This document shows, one piece after another, positions 1 through 7,673 of a stretch of 44,181 nucleotides of DNA; position 1 is the stretch's first letter, and each line of letters opens with the position of its first letter. Where the stretch lies: NCBI GenBank assembly GCA_016790625.1, contig JAEUNB010000030.1, positions 1 to 44,181 of the forward strand. Direction: 5' to 3'. The translations under genes were made by a program, and so were the position numbers. The stretch comes from Betaproteobacteria bacterium. Lineage in GTDB: Bacteria; Pseudomonadota; Gammaproteobacteria; Burkholderiales; Usitatibacteraceae. A model generated the notes under the pieces. The model had not been told where the DNA came from. It did not search any database and saw only the letters and a program-made list of their open reading frames with translations.

Positions 1-884
1 ATCAGCCGCCGGTAGCGCGTGGCGTCGCTGTACATGCTGGCCATTTCGCGCAGTTCGATCACGCGGTTATGCGCATAGACCGTGTTGATCAGGTGCCAGG
101 TGGCGAGGTCGAAATAGACCTTGCCGGGCACGCGCCGCCCGCCGGGGCCGCTCGAACCGAAGCCCAGCTCCGGCATGACCGCGGCCAGGTTCACCGAGTG
201 GTCGAAGTCGGTACCGGCGACGTGGATGCCGTGGTTGGCGAGGATGTCGCGTTGCCGGTCGATCAGCGCGTGGCGGCTGGGGCCGACACGCACCACAGAG
301 AAATCGGACGTGCCACCGCCGATGTCGGCCACCAGTACCAATTGCTCTTCGTCGATGCCCGATTCGTAATCCAGCGCGGCGGCGATCGGCTCATACTGAA
401 ATGCAACGTCGCGGAAGCCGGCGGCTTGTGCAGCGGCGGCCAGCGTGGTTTCCGCCTTGGCGTCGCGCTCGTCGTTGTTGTCGACGAACCATACCGGGCG
501 GCCGACGATGGCGCGGGTGAGCGGACCGTCGTGCTGTGCCTCAGCCACGCGTTTCAGGTGTTTCAGGTAGCCGATCACCACATCCAGATATTTAATGCTG
601 ATGCCGTGGCCGATTTCGGTGGTTTGCTCCATCAGGTCGGAACCGAGGATGCTCTTGATCGAACGCATCAGCCGACCGTCGTAACCATCGACATAGGCCT
701 TGACCGCTTCGCGGCCGAAGCAGCGCGTCTCGTCCTCGGCGTTATAGAACACGGCGGTGGGCATGGTGCGAAAGCCGGGTTCGAGCTCGACCAGTTTCAT
801 GCCTTCGGCGTGCGGGATGCCGATGGCGGAATTGGAGGTGCCGAAGTCGATGGCGCAGTAGTCTGCGTGAGGTGTGGCGGGCAT
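1..884 (-). CDS. Hsp70/actin-fold ATPase, YegD-like chaperone homologue (3' end runs off the window)
   Basis: Open at the left edge, so absent from the ORF track. Reverse translation from ATG (884-882) gives MPATPHADYCAIDFGTSNSAIG...QLVLVADIGGGTSDFSVVRV, carrying the Hsp70-family phosphate-1 (DFGTSNS) and phosphate-2 (DIGGGTSD) motifs. The 69..1001 + ORF is its antisense shadow. Confidence 0.8.
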   Translation of the reverse strand, partial: MPATPHADYCAIDFGTSNSAIGIPHAEGMKLVELEPGFRTMPTAVFYNAEDETRCFGREAVKAYVDGYDGRLMRSIKSILGSDLMEQTTEIGHGISIKYLDVVIGYLKHLKRVAEAQHDGPLTRAIVGRPVWFVDNNDERDAKAETTLAAAAQAAGFRDVAFQYEPIAAALDYESGIDEEQLVLVADIGGGTSDFSVVRVGPSRHALIDRQRDILANHGIHVAGTDFDHSVNLAAVMPELGFGSSGPGGRRVPGKVYFDLATWHLINTVYAHNRVIELREMASMYSDATRYRRL

Positions 885-959
885 GGGAGGCGGGGGCTTG
901 AAACGGGGGACGCGGATTATAGCGGAGCGAAGATGGCGCGGCCAAGTGTTTATTGCGAA

Positions 960-1033
960 AATAAAACTCCAGCACTGGCGCGGCTCTCCGGCCAGAAATG
1001 ACCTGTGAGCCTCGCCAGTGCTGGAGTTTTATT
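960..1033. repeat. REP-like inverted repeat, copy 1 (best copy)
   Basis: Perfect 21-bp arms AATAAAACTCCAGCACTGGCG (960-980) and CGCCAGTGCTGGAGTTTTATT (1013-1033) with a 32-nt loop. It sits 20 nt downstream of the yafY-like stop. The core CGCCAGTGCTGGAGTTTT recurs at five other sites. Confidence 0.85.
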
Positions 1034-1052
1034 CCGTTATGCGGGCTGGTGG

Positions 1053-1745
1053 CTAGCCCGGACTATCTTCGCAGCCTACCTGCCGCAGGAAGTCAGCGAT
1101 GGTCTTGCCCGGCTCGTCGCGGAACTGGCGTTCGCGCACGGTCAGCGTGCGCATGCGATCCAGCCGGAACATGCGGAAATCCTGGCGCAGCTCACACCAT
1201 GCAGCCAGCGTCCAGCGCTCGCCCCAGAAGTGCAGGGCCACGGGGCGCAATTCGCGGCTCGATTCGCGCTTGTCCTCGGTCACATAGTCGATAAACACGA
1301 ACTGGCGCGCGCGGATTGCTTGGCGCAGCGTCTCGAAGCGTTCCGCTACCACGCGATCGATGTGGAAGTCCGGCACGTAGATCTGCGTGGTCTCGAGCGC
1401 CGCGCGGCGATTGTCCGGCAGCACGGCAGCGATTTTTTCCAGCGCGCGCTCGGCGCTGCGCGCAAGCTTCTGCCCACCATAGGCGCCGGCCATGCGCGCG
1501 CCGACCAGCAGCGCCTCAACCTCGTCGTAGTCGAACATCAACGGCGGCAGGTCGAAGCCTTTTTTCAGCGCATAGCCGATGCCGGCCTCGCCCATGATCG
1601 GCACGCCGGACAAAGACAAGTCCTGCACATCGCGGTAAATGGTGCGGTCGGAGACTTCCAGCCGCTGGGCAAGATAGTGTGCCGTGGTCAACCGCCGGCC
1701 GCGCAGGATCTGGACGATTTCAAACAGGCGGTCGGCGCGGCGCAT
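1053..1745 (-). CDS. YafY-family transcriptional regulator (HTH + WYL domain)
   Basis: 230 aa. N-terminal HTH (RLFEIVQILRGRRLTTAHYLAQRLEVSDRTIYRDVQDL) and a WYL-type C-terminal half (PVALHFWGERWTLAAWCELRQDFRMFRLDRM). Confidence 0.85.
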   Translation of the reverse strand: MRRADRLFEIVQILRGRRLTTAHYLAQRLEVSDRTIYRDVQDLSLSGVPIMGEAGIGYALKKGFDLPPLMFDYDEVEALLVGARMAGAYGGQKLARSAERALEKIAAVLPDNRRAALETTQIYVPDFHIDRVVAERFETLRQAIRARQFVFIDYVTEDKRESSRELRPVALHFWGERWTLAAWCELRQDFRMFRLDRMRTLTVRERQFRDEPGKTIADFLRQVGCEDSPG

Positions 1746-2075
1746 CTAAGTTTTCTTCCTGGCCTTGCCCCACTTGCCAATGTCGCTGTCGAATTTCCAG
1801 TTCCACCATTTCAGTTTTTCCGGATCATGCCTGCTGTTTGATGCGTAATAGACCGCGCAGCGGAAGGTATACAGCACGCAGGGGTCCTGATAGCCACCCG
1901 TCATGCCGGCCAGCTGCTTGTACATCGCCTCCGGGCTTTTCCCCTTCAAGTCCGAGATTTTGGTGATGCCCATGTCGATCAGGTCCTGCGCGATGCTGGG
2001 TCCGACGCTGGGAATTTCCTCCAGTTCGGAGCGTTCGCGCTTTGCCGGCCTGGACTTGGCTACCTTAGCCGCCAT
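1746..2075 (-). CDS. Small helix-hairpin-helix protein (Cdd1 'pathogenicity locus'-like HhH family)
   Basis: Starts at the internal ATG (codon 86) of track ORF 1746..2330. MAAKVAKSRPAKRERSELEEIPSVGPSIAQDLIDMGITKISDLKGKSPEAMYKQL... contains an HhH motif. Its stop TAG directly abuts the yafY-like ATG (TAGATG). Its start overlaps the VOC gene stop by 11 nt. Confidence 0.65.
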   Translation of the reverse strand: MAAKVAKSRPAKRERSELEEIPSVGPSIAQDLIDMGITKISDLKGKSPEAMYKQLAGMTGGYQDPCVLYTFRCAVYYASNSRHDPEKLKWWNWKFDSDIGKWGKARKKT

Positions 2076-2433
2076 GGCCTGCCTTGAAATGCGGGTTTTC
2101 GATAATGCCGACGACGTTGTCGAAGGGGGTGAAAAACGAGGCCACTCGAATACCGTCGCCCACATCCGTGATCTCCTCATTGGGTTTTGCGCCGAGTGCA
2201 AGCAGGCGCGCGTATTCGGCGGTGATGTCGGGCGTGCCCCAATAAGTGGAGACGCTGCCCGGGCGCTTATCGTCAGGCCATACGCCCAACTCGTAGCCGC
2301 CGACCTCGAAGCCGACATAAAACGGTTCATTGAAATAGGGAGGATGGCCCGCGACCGAGGTGAACCACTCGACTGCCTTGGGCAGGTCGCCCGGCGGGAC
2401 GTGATAGATGACAGTACGCAGGCCTTGGAACAT
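2065..2433 (-). CDS. VOC (glyoxalase/bleomycin-resistance/dioxygenase) family protein
   Basis: 122 aa. MFQGLRTVIYHVPPGDLPKAVEWFTSVAG...FYVGFEVGGYELGVWPDD...GIRVASFFTPFDNVVGIIENPHF resembles the small paired beta-alpha-beta-beta-beta VOC fold. Confidence 0.75.
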   Translation of the reverse strand: MFQGLRTVIYHVPPGDLPKAVEWFTSVAGHPPYFNEPFYVGFEVGGYELGVWPDDKRPGSVSTYWGTPDITAEYARLLALGAKPNEEITDVGDGIRVASFFTPFDNVVGIIENPHFKAGHGG

Positions 2434-2482
2434 GTTTTCCCCTTTGAAAATCGCTGTGCTGCGAAAAGAATTCTGGACTTAG

Positions 2483-2508
2483 CCTACTGACAACGTATTG
2501 TCAGCAGG
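2483..2508. promoter_or_regulatory. 26-bp imperfect palindrome: candidate operator of the VOC-HhH-YafY operon, or a terminator stem for the upstream gene
   Basis: CCTACTGACAA-cgta-TTGTCAGCAGG, 10/11 matching arms with a 7-bp perfect core (CTGACAA/TTGTCAG). It lies 50-75 nt upstream of the VOC ATG (2433) and 17 nt downstream of the 2525 stop. No T-tract follows it. Confidence 0.35.
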
Positions 2509-2524
2509 TGGCAGTTGAGGCGGA

Positions 2525-3001
2525 TCAGACGTAGGCCAGCATGCGGCCGCACAGAATCACGGAGAGCCAGATCGCGATCGACGCGGCGGTCATCAGCCGC
2601 GCGCTCAACGGTGCAGTGGCACTAGTGTCCCATTCGGTCACGCTGCGATACGGGCCGGCATGGAATGCCAGGGCGTTGCAGCCGGCGAGGAAAATCAATC
2701 CCAGCTTCAGCATGAACACGCGATTGGCAAGGAACTCCGTTGGCTGGGTGGCGAACAGCAGCGCACCGGTCGGCACGACGATCAGGACGGCCCCAAGTGA
2801 AAACGGCAACAGGAATTTCGACAGCGCGCGAACGGAAATGGTCTTCGCCATGCCCAACACACGCAGGTCGAACATCACTACCGAGCCGACGAGGATCACG
2901 AAGCCCCAGATGTGCGCCGTCTCGACCAGCGGAAACAGCCAGGTCGAACTTTTCATCAGCGCCGTCAGCGGGAACTCCGGCGGCGTGATGGGGGCCGTCA
3001 T
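2525..3001 (-). CDS. Four-TM integral membrane protein (DUF6644-like)
   Basis: 158 aa with four hydrophobic helices (WLFPLVETAHIWGFVILVGSVVMF, FLLPFSLGAVLIVVPTGALLF, VFMLKLGLIFLAGCNALAF, LMTAASIAIWLSVILCGRML). It lies 21 nt downstream of 3023..3379. Confidence 0.7.
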   Translation of the reverse strand: MTAPITPPEFPLTALMKSSTWLFPLVETAHIWGFVILVGSVVMFDLRVLGMAKTISVRALSKFLLPFSLGAVLIVVPTGALLFATQPTEFLANRVFMLKLGLIFLAGCNALAFHAGPYRSVTEWDTSATAPLSARLMTAASIAIWLSVILCGRMLAYV

Positions 3002-3022
3002 AATGCGATGAGTTGCTGGCGA

Positions 3023-3379
3023 TTACCGCAGCTCAACGGTCTTGTCGCCGAATGTGATGCGCTCTGCCCGCATCTCCTCGGCCTTTTCGCGATTCTGGTA
3101 GCCGACCACCGTCACCTTGTTGCCGGGTTTCAAGGCGTCCTTCGGCAATCCCCGGCTCTCCATGCGCGAGGGCGGCGCCAGGATCACCAAGCGTGTCTTG
3201 CCCGCCAGGTCCAGCTTGACGAAGCCATGCGGGTGGTCGTAGCCGTATTCCTTGATGGTGCCGGTCTCGGTCAATGGTTTGGTCTGGTCGTATTCGCTCC
3301 AGCCATGGTGGGCGAGGGCGGCGATGGAAAACAGTGCCGTTGCAAACGCGGCGAGTGTCTGGAGAATGAACTTGCGCAT
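3023..3379 (-). CDS. Small secreted protein whose predicted mature N-terminus is His-His (DUF6152-like)
   Basis: 118 aa. Signal peptide MRKFILQTLAAFATALFSIAALA followed by HHGWSEYDQTKPL...; the family name is recalled from memory, not searched. Confidence 0.7.
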   Translation of the reverse strand: MRKFILQTLAAFATALFSIAALAHHGWSEYDQTKPLTETGTIKEYGYDHPHGFVKLDLAGKTRLVILAPPSRMESRGLPKDALKPGNKVTVVGYQNREKAEEMRAERITFGDKTVELR

Positions 3380-3403
3380 GGGACCTCCTGTGGGCGGAAA
3401 CGG

Positions 3404-4483
3404 TTAGTGGGCAAAAATCGATAGTGTGTAGTTTCGCAGGGTAACGCCAATTTGTGCGTCACCACTGACCTCGTTGTTGAAGCTGAAATTGTCGATGGCA
3501 TAGTCTGAAAGTTCAGCCGACAGCAAAGGGTCGAAAGTACGAGCCTTTGCCAGTACCTGACGAAAATCTTCCGGACGCAAGCGGAACCTGAATTGCGTAT
3601 TGCCGGCGTTGCAAAAAGCGGGCTCGTCATTGGTGTTGCAGACGAACGATTGTCCCGAAATGCGCAGCCCGAAAGCCGGATTGCTGCGAAAGGTGGTGGA
3701 GACAATGGCGTTGCCGACGCCAAAATCCTTGCCCGAAAAATCATCCTCCGGTCGGGTGGGATGAGGCGAAACGGAGGCTGCGCCGATTGTGAGATAAAAG
3801 TTACGCCGGCTTCGCGTATCGATCAGTTCGATCACCGGATGACTCTGCGCAAAGCTCTGGTCATTGGTCTGGCCCGCAGTCCGGCGGAATGTTTTCACTA
3901 GAATCTCGAATGACAGTTCCAAGTCGCGAGTCACACCATCTCGCCAAGGCATGACGCGGCGATCAACTTCACCACCGGACGGCGGCGTGGTGGTGAATTG
4001 ATATAGCGGATTGACGCTGGTGGCGGGAATCGCCGTGGAACGATCGACGGTGTTGACGTAAAGCCCAATCTCGCTTGAGGCGGCTTTGGTCTGGGCAAAG
4101 GAGCGGGCATCGATTTCATACAGCGTGCCGCCGGTCTGGGCGGTATGCACCTGGCCGCTGGTGCCAGTCCGTCGCGTAAAGGGAATGACCAGTGGATCGG
4201 TTGGTACTTGCTGGTCCAGCGGAATAATGCGCGGCATTTCCGGCTGCTGGTTGATGCCGACGCAGCCGCCGAGGCCGGTAACCTCATCCTCGCACAAGGC
4301 GCTTCGTACCACGCGCGCTGGTACCACAGTGTATGTCGCCACCAGAGTTTCGGTTGGCGTGGCCGGTGGAGGCGGCGACGTCGGCGCAGAGTCGCCGCCA
4401 CCTCCGCCACAGCCCACCAGCATCGTCGCAATCATCGTAGCCGCGACAAGAAGACGGTGGGCTGGGAAAATCGGCCGAGCCAT
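3404..4483 (-). CDS. Lipoprotein of unknown function
   Basis: Starts at the internal ATG (codon 44) of track ORF 3404..4612. MARPIFPAHRLLVAATMIATMLVGCGGGGGDSAPTSPPPPATPTE has an LVGC lipobox and a Gly/Pro linker. It begins 8 nt downstream of the rsgA stop. I recognise no family for the remainder. Confidence 0.7.
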   Translation of the reverse strand: MARPIFPAHRLLVAATMIATMLVGCGGGGGDSAPTSPPPPATPTETLVATYTVVPARVVRSALCEDEVTGLGGCVGINQQPEMPRIIPLDQQVPTDPLVIPFTRRTGTSGQVHTAQTGGTLYEIDARSFAQTKAASSEIGLYVNTVDRSTAIPATSVNPLYQFTTTPPSGGEVDRRVMPWRDGVTRDLELSFEILVKTFRRTAGQTNDQSFAQSHPVIELIDTRSRRNFYLTIGAASVSPHPTRPEDDFSGKDFGVGNAIVSTTFRSNPAFGLRISGQSFVCNTNDEPAFCNAGNTQFRFRLRPEDFRQVLAKARTFDPLLSAELSDYAIDNFSFNNEVSGDAQIGVTLRNYTLSIFAH

Positions 4484-4491
4484 ATGAACGG

Positions 4492-5382
4492 CTACTTCTT
4501 CCAATCCGGGTGTGCTTCCCGCAGTTCCTGCTGCTGTTCGATCAGCGCTTGATAAAACGCCATTCTGCCGGCGTTGACCTTGCCTTGTTCGGCGGCCGCC
4601 ACCACGGAGCATCCCGGCTCGGTCAGATGCAGGCAGTTATTGAATTTGCAGGTGCCGATATAGGGACGGAATTCCGGCATGGCGAACGCAATGTCCTCAT
4701 CGCTCATGTGGAACAAGCCGAAGGACTGCAGGCCCGGCGAATCCATGATGGCCGAGTCTTCATCAAGGTGATAAAGGCGGGTATAGGTGGTGGTGTGCTT
4801 TCCGGAGTCGAGTGCCTCCGAGAAATCGCCTTCTTTCGCAACGTCACGCATCACCAGATTGTTCACGGTGCGGGACTTGCCCATGCCGGACTGGCCGACC
4901 AGCAAGGTGCGTTTGCCTTTGAGTAGCGGACGCAAGGGTTCAATATCGAACTTGGCCGACATCGGCAGCACCTCATAACCGATTTCTTCCAGATGAGCAA
5001 TGCTTTTGCGCGCCGCTTCAAACTCCGGCATATCCTTTTTGTTCAGCATAATCAGCGGTGCGATTTGCGCGGCATCGCAGGCCACCAGACACATGTACAG
5101 GAAGGTTTCACTGAACGTTGGGCGTGGCGCAATGATGACGATGGCCTGATCGATATTCGCTGCAAGCGTCTTCTGCCGCCATGCATCGGTGCGGAAAAGC
5201 ACATTGCGGCGCTCGTGCACTTCGTCGATGCGCGCATGGCCCGGACTGGTGATACTCAATTCGACTTCATCACCACAGGCCACATCCTGCTTCTTGCCTT
5301 TGCGCACGCACACCAGTTGAGTGCGGTCCGGCAGCTCTGCCAGATATTCGCGGCCAAAATCGCCGGTGACGAGGGCGCGCAT
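4492..5382 (-). CDS. rsgA: Ribosome small-subunit-dependent GTPase A
   Basis: 296 aa with an OB-fold N-terminus, circularly permuted GTPase motifs (LNKKDM ... VGQSGMGKSRTVNNL) and a C-terminal Zn knuckle (CKFNNCLHLTEPGCSV). Confidence 0.92.
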   Translation of the reverse strand: MRALVTGDFGREYLAELPDRTQLVCVRKGKKQDVACGDEVELSITSPGHARIDEVHERRNVLFRTDAWRQKTLAANIDQAIVIIAPRPTFSETFLYMCLVACDAAQIAPLIMLNKKDMPEFEAARKSIAHLEEIGYEVLPMSAKFDIEPLRPLLKGKRTLLVGQSGMGKSRTVNNLVMRDVAKEGDFSEALDSGKHTTTYTRLYHLDEDSAIMDSPGLQSFGLFHMSDEDIAFAMPEFRPYIGTCKFNNCLHLTEPGCSVVAAAEQGKVNAGRMAFYQALIEQQQELREAHPDWKK

Positions 5383-5705
5383 CAGAGGGCAAACAGCGCG
5401 TCGAGTTTGGCTGCGCAGATGAAGTCGTTAAGCGTGATTCCGCCAGCGTCGTGGGTGGAGTACGCCACCACACACTTGTTGTAATGCACCGACATGTCAG
5501 GGTGATGATCTTCGCGGTGCGAGATCCACGCCGACGCGTTCACGAACGCCATGGTTTCGTGATAGTTCTTGAACGAGTAGGTCTTGCGAATTTCGTGATC
5601 AACCTTCTGCCAGCCACTCAGCGTATTCAGGTGCGACTGGATGTCCTCGGTAGTCAACGCTTTGGCTTGACCACCGGGTGCGCATTTCATCTGTGCAAGA
5701 TTCAT
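5382..5705 (-). CDS. phhB: 4a-hydroxytetrahydrobiopterin (pterin-4-alpha-carbinolamine) dehydratase
   Basis: 107 aa. ...LSGWQKVDHEIRKTYSFKNYHETMAFVNASAWISHREDHHPDMSVHYNKCVVAYSTHDAGGIT matches the PCD family signature. Its stop overlaps the rsgA ATG by 1 nt. Confidence 0.88.
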   Translation of the reverse strand: MNLAQMKCAPGGQAKALTTEDIQSHLNTLSGWQKVDHEIRKTYSFKNYHETMAFVNASAWISHREDHHPDMSVHYNKCVVAYSTHDAGGITLNDFICAAKLDALFAL

Positions 5706-5708
5706 GGT

Positions 5709-6974
5709 TTATGCAGTCTGCAGTGATTTGAGGTGGGCGATGCGGATCGATGCCGGAGGATGCGAGTCGTAAACCGCTGAGTGCAACGGATCCGGTGTCA
5801 AGGTGGATGCGTTGTCACGATAGAGCTTGACCAGCGCGGTGATCAGATCGTTTACCTCCGTCTGCGAAGCCGCATAGGCATCGGCCTCGAACTCGTGTTT
5901 GCGCGAGATCAGGCTGCCGAGCGGTGTCATCCAGAATGTGAATACTGGCAGCACGAGGAAAAACAACACCAGCGACACCGCAACATGTGGAGCGGCGCCA
6001 TCGAATGGGATGCCCAACCCTTTATAGAACCATGGCTTGTCGATCACCCAGCCCATCAGCGCCAGGACGACAAAGGTGATGGCGAACTGACTGACGATGC
6101 GCTTGACGATATGTTTGCGCTTGAAGTGTCCCAGTTCGTGGGCCAGCACCGCTTCGATTTCGGTGGGTGTCAGCCGCTCGATCAGGGTGTCGAAAAATAC
6201 GATGCGCTTGGTCTTGCCGAATCCGGTGAAGTAGGCATTGCCGTGGCTGGAGCGCTTTGAGCCGTCCATGACAAACAGGCCGCTGGAGGTAAAGCCGCAG
6301 CGTTTCAGCAGTGCCTCGATGCGCTCTTTAAGACTGGCATCGGACAAGGGGCTGAATTTGTTGAACATCGGCGCGATGAAATTGGGATAAATCGCCAGCA
6401 TGGTGAGGCTGAAACCCAGCCACACCAGCCAGACATACAACCACCACAGGCTGCCCATTTTTTCCATCAGCCAGAACACCACCAGCAATAACGGGATTCC
6501 GATGGCCGCTGACAGGACCAGGCCCTTCACCATATCCAGCAGATAAAGCTGCCAGGTCATCTTGTTGAAACCGAAGCGGCTTTCGATCACAAACGTGCGA
6601 CACAGATCAAAAGGTGTGGAAACGATGCTGGAGACAATGCCGAGCAGGGCAAAAATGAGCAGGCCCGGCAAATAGCGATGAGATGCAAAGTCGCCTGCCA
6701 CCTGCGAAATCAGCAGCAAGCCGCCGCCTAGCGTGAGCCCGAGCAACAGCAATGCATCGACACCGCTTTCGATCAAGCCCAGCCGGTTGCGGGCGATGGT
6801 GTAGTCGGCCGCTTTCTGGTGCGCTTCCAACGTGATCGATTCGGTGAACTCTGCCGGTACTGCGTGGCGGTTGGCGGCGATGTGCCGGATATGGCGTAGC
6901 GAAAGCCAGACGCCGACGCCGAAGCTCAACAGTAAAAACAGTAGAAAAACAAGGGTAAAAAGCTGGGAAGTCAT
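5709..6974 (-). CDS. M48-family zinc metallopeptidase (Ste24-type, multi-TM)
   Basis: Starts at an internal ATG of track ORF 5709..7403 (MTSQLFTLVFLLFLLLSFGVGVWLS). It has the HEXXH motif (LAHELGHFKRKH) and several TM helices. The region upstream of 6974 is AT-richer and overlaps orn on the opposite strand, so the long N-terminal extension is rejected. Confidence 0.85.
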   Translation of the reverse strand: MTSQLFTLVFLLFLLLSFGVGVWLSLRHIRHIAANRHAVPAEFTESITLEAHQKAADYTIARNRLGLIESGVDALLLLGLTLGGGLLLISQVAGDFASHRYLPGLLIFALLGIVSSIVSTPFDLCRTFVIESRFGFNKMTWQLYLLDMVKGLVLSAAIGIPLLLVVFWLMEKMGSLWWLYVWLVWLGFSLTMLAIYPNFIAPMFNKFSPLSDASLKERIEALLKRCGFTSSGLFVMDGSKRSSHGNAYFTGFGKTKRIVFFDTLIERLTPTEIEAVLAHELGHFKRKHIVKRIVSQFAITFVVLALMGWVIDKPWFYKGLGIPFDGAAPHVAVSLVLFFLVLPVFTFWMTPLGSLISRKHEFEADAYAASQTEVNDLITALVKLYRDNASTLTPDPLHSAVYDSHPPASIRIAHLKSLQTA

Positions 6975-7026
6975 GAATGGAGGGGCGGTTGAATCATGAG
7001 AAAATAGCGTATTCCCCATTTTACGG

Positions 7027-7047
7027 TGCATTTGTGCTGCAAATGCA
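7027..7047. promoter_or_regulatory. Inverted repeat in the orn / M48 divergent control region
   Basis: TGCATTTG-tgctg-CAAATGCA, perfect 8-bp arms, ending 10 nt upstream of the orn ATG. Confidence 0.3.
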
Positions 7048-7056
7048 TACTCCCAC

Positions 7057-7602
7057 ATGGCCCAAGACCAAAACAATCTGATCTGGATCGACATGGAAAT
7101 GACGGGCTTGTCGCCGGAGAACGACCGCATCATCGAGGTCGCGCTGGTAGTGACCGACGCCCAGCTCAACACCATCGCCGAGGGGCCGGTGCTGGCCGTA
7201 CACCAGCCGGATTCAGTGCTCGACGGCATGGATGCTTGGAACAAGTCCACGCACAAAAAGTCAGGCTTGATCGACAAGGTCAAGGCATCCACGCTGAACG
7301 AAGCCCAGGTCGAGGCGCAGATGATCGAGTTTCTGAAGGAGCATGTGCCGGGCAGTACCTCGCCCATGTGCGGAAACTCGATCTGCCAGGACCGCCGTTT
7401 CATGGCGCGCTCAATGCCGGCGCTGGAAGCGTACTTCCACTACCGCAATCTCGATGTATCGACTTTGAAGGAACTCGCCAAGCGCTGGAAGCCGGAAATC
7501 ATGTCCGGAATGAAAAAACACGGCAAGCACGAAGCGCTGGCGGATATTTACGAGAGCATTGAAGAATTGAAGTATTACCGGGAGCATTTTTTGAAGGTGT
7601 AG
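7057..7602 (+). CDS. orn: Oligoribonuclease
   Basis: 181 aa. [28 protein letters not shown] (DEDDh Exo I motif) ... [18 protein letters not shown]. It is divergent from the rsgA cluster, as in many proteobacteria. Confidence 0.93.
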   Translation: MAQDQNNLIWIDMEMTGLSPENDRIIEVALVVTDAQLNTIAEGPVLAVHQPDSVLDGMDAWNKSTHKKSGLIDKVKASTLNEAQVEAQMIEFLKEHVPGSTSPMCGNSICQDRRFMARSMPALEAYFHYRNLDVSTLKELAKRWKPEIMSGMKKHGKHEALADIYESIEELKYYREHFLKV

Positions 7603-7673
7603 CAGGCGCATCGAACCCGCGCGCCTTATGCGGCGCGGGTGCATACAATTCAGAAAAACAGGACCGATAACGG

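Noticed and set aside
69-1001. 310-aa + strand ORF at the left edge
   Set aside because: It is antisense to a much better Hsp70-like reading frame on the minus strand that carries the DFGTSNS and DIGGGTSD motifs. Its Arg/Gly/Val/His-rich composition is typical of shadow ORFs in GC-rich DNA.
3271-3744. 157-aa minus ORF spanning the junction of the DUF6152-like gene and the lipoprotein gene
   Set aside because: It overlaps two better-supported genes in other frames. It has no ribosome-binding site and a Ser/Arg/Pro-rich composition.
6975-7403. 143-codon N-terminal extension of the M48 peptidase ORF (track 5709..7403)
   Set aside because: The extension runs through the AT-richer intergenic region and across orn on the opposite strand. 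Met-Thr-Ser-Gln at 6974 begins the first TM helix expected for Ste24-type peptidases.
7612-7640. GC-rich hairpin CCCGCGC...GCGCGGG after orn, a possible terminator
   Set aside because: No T-tract follows it and the stem is imperfect. It is plausible but not strong enough to annotate.
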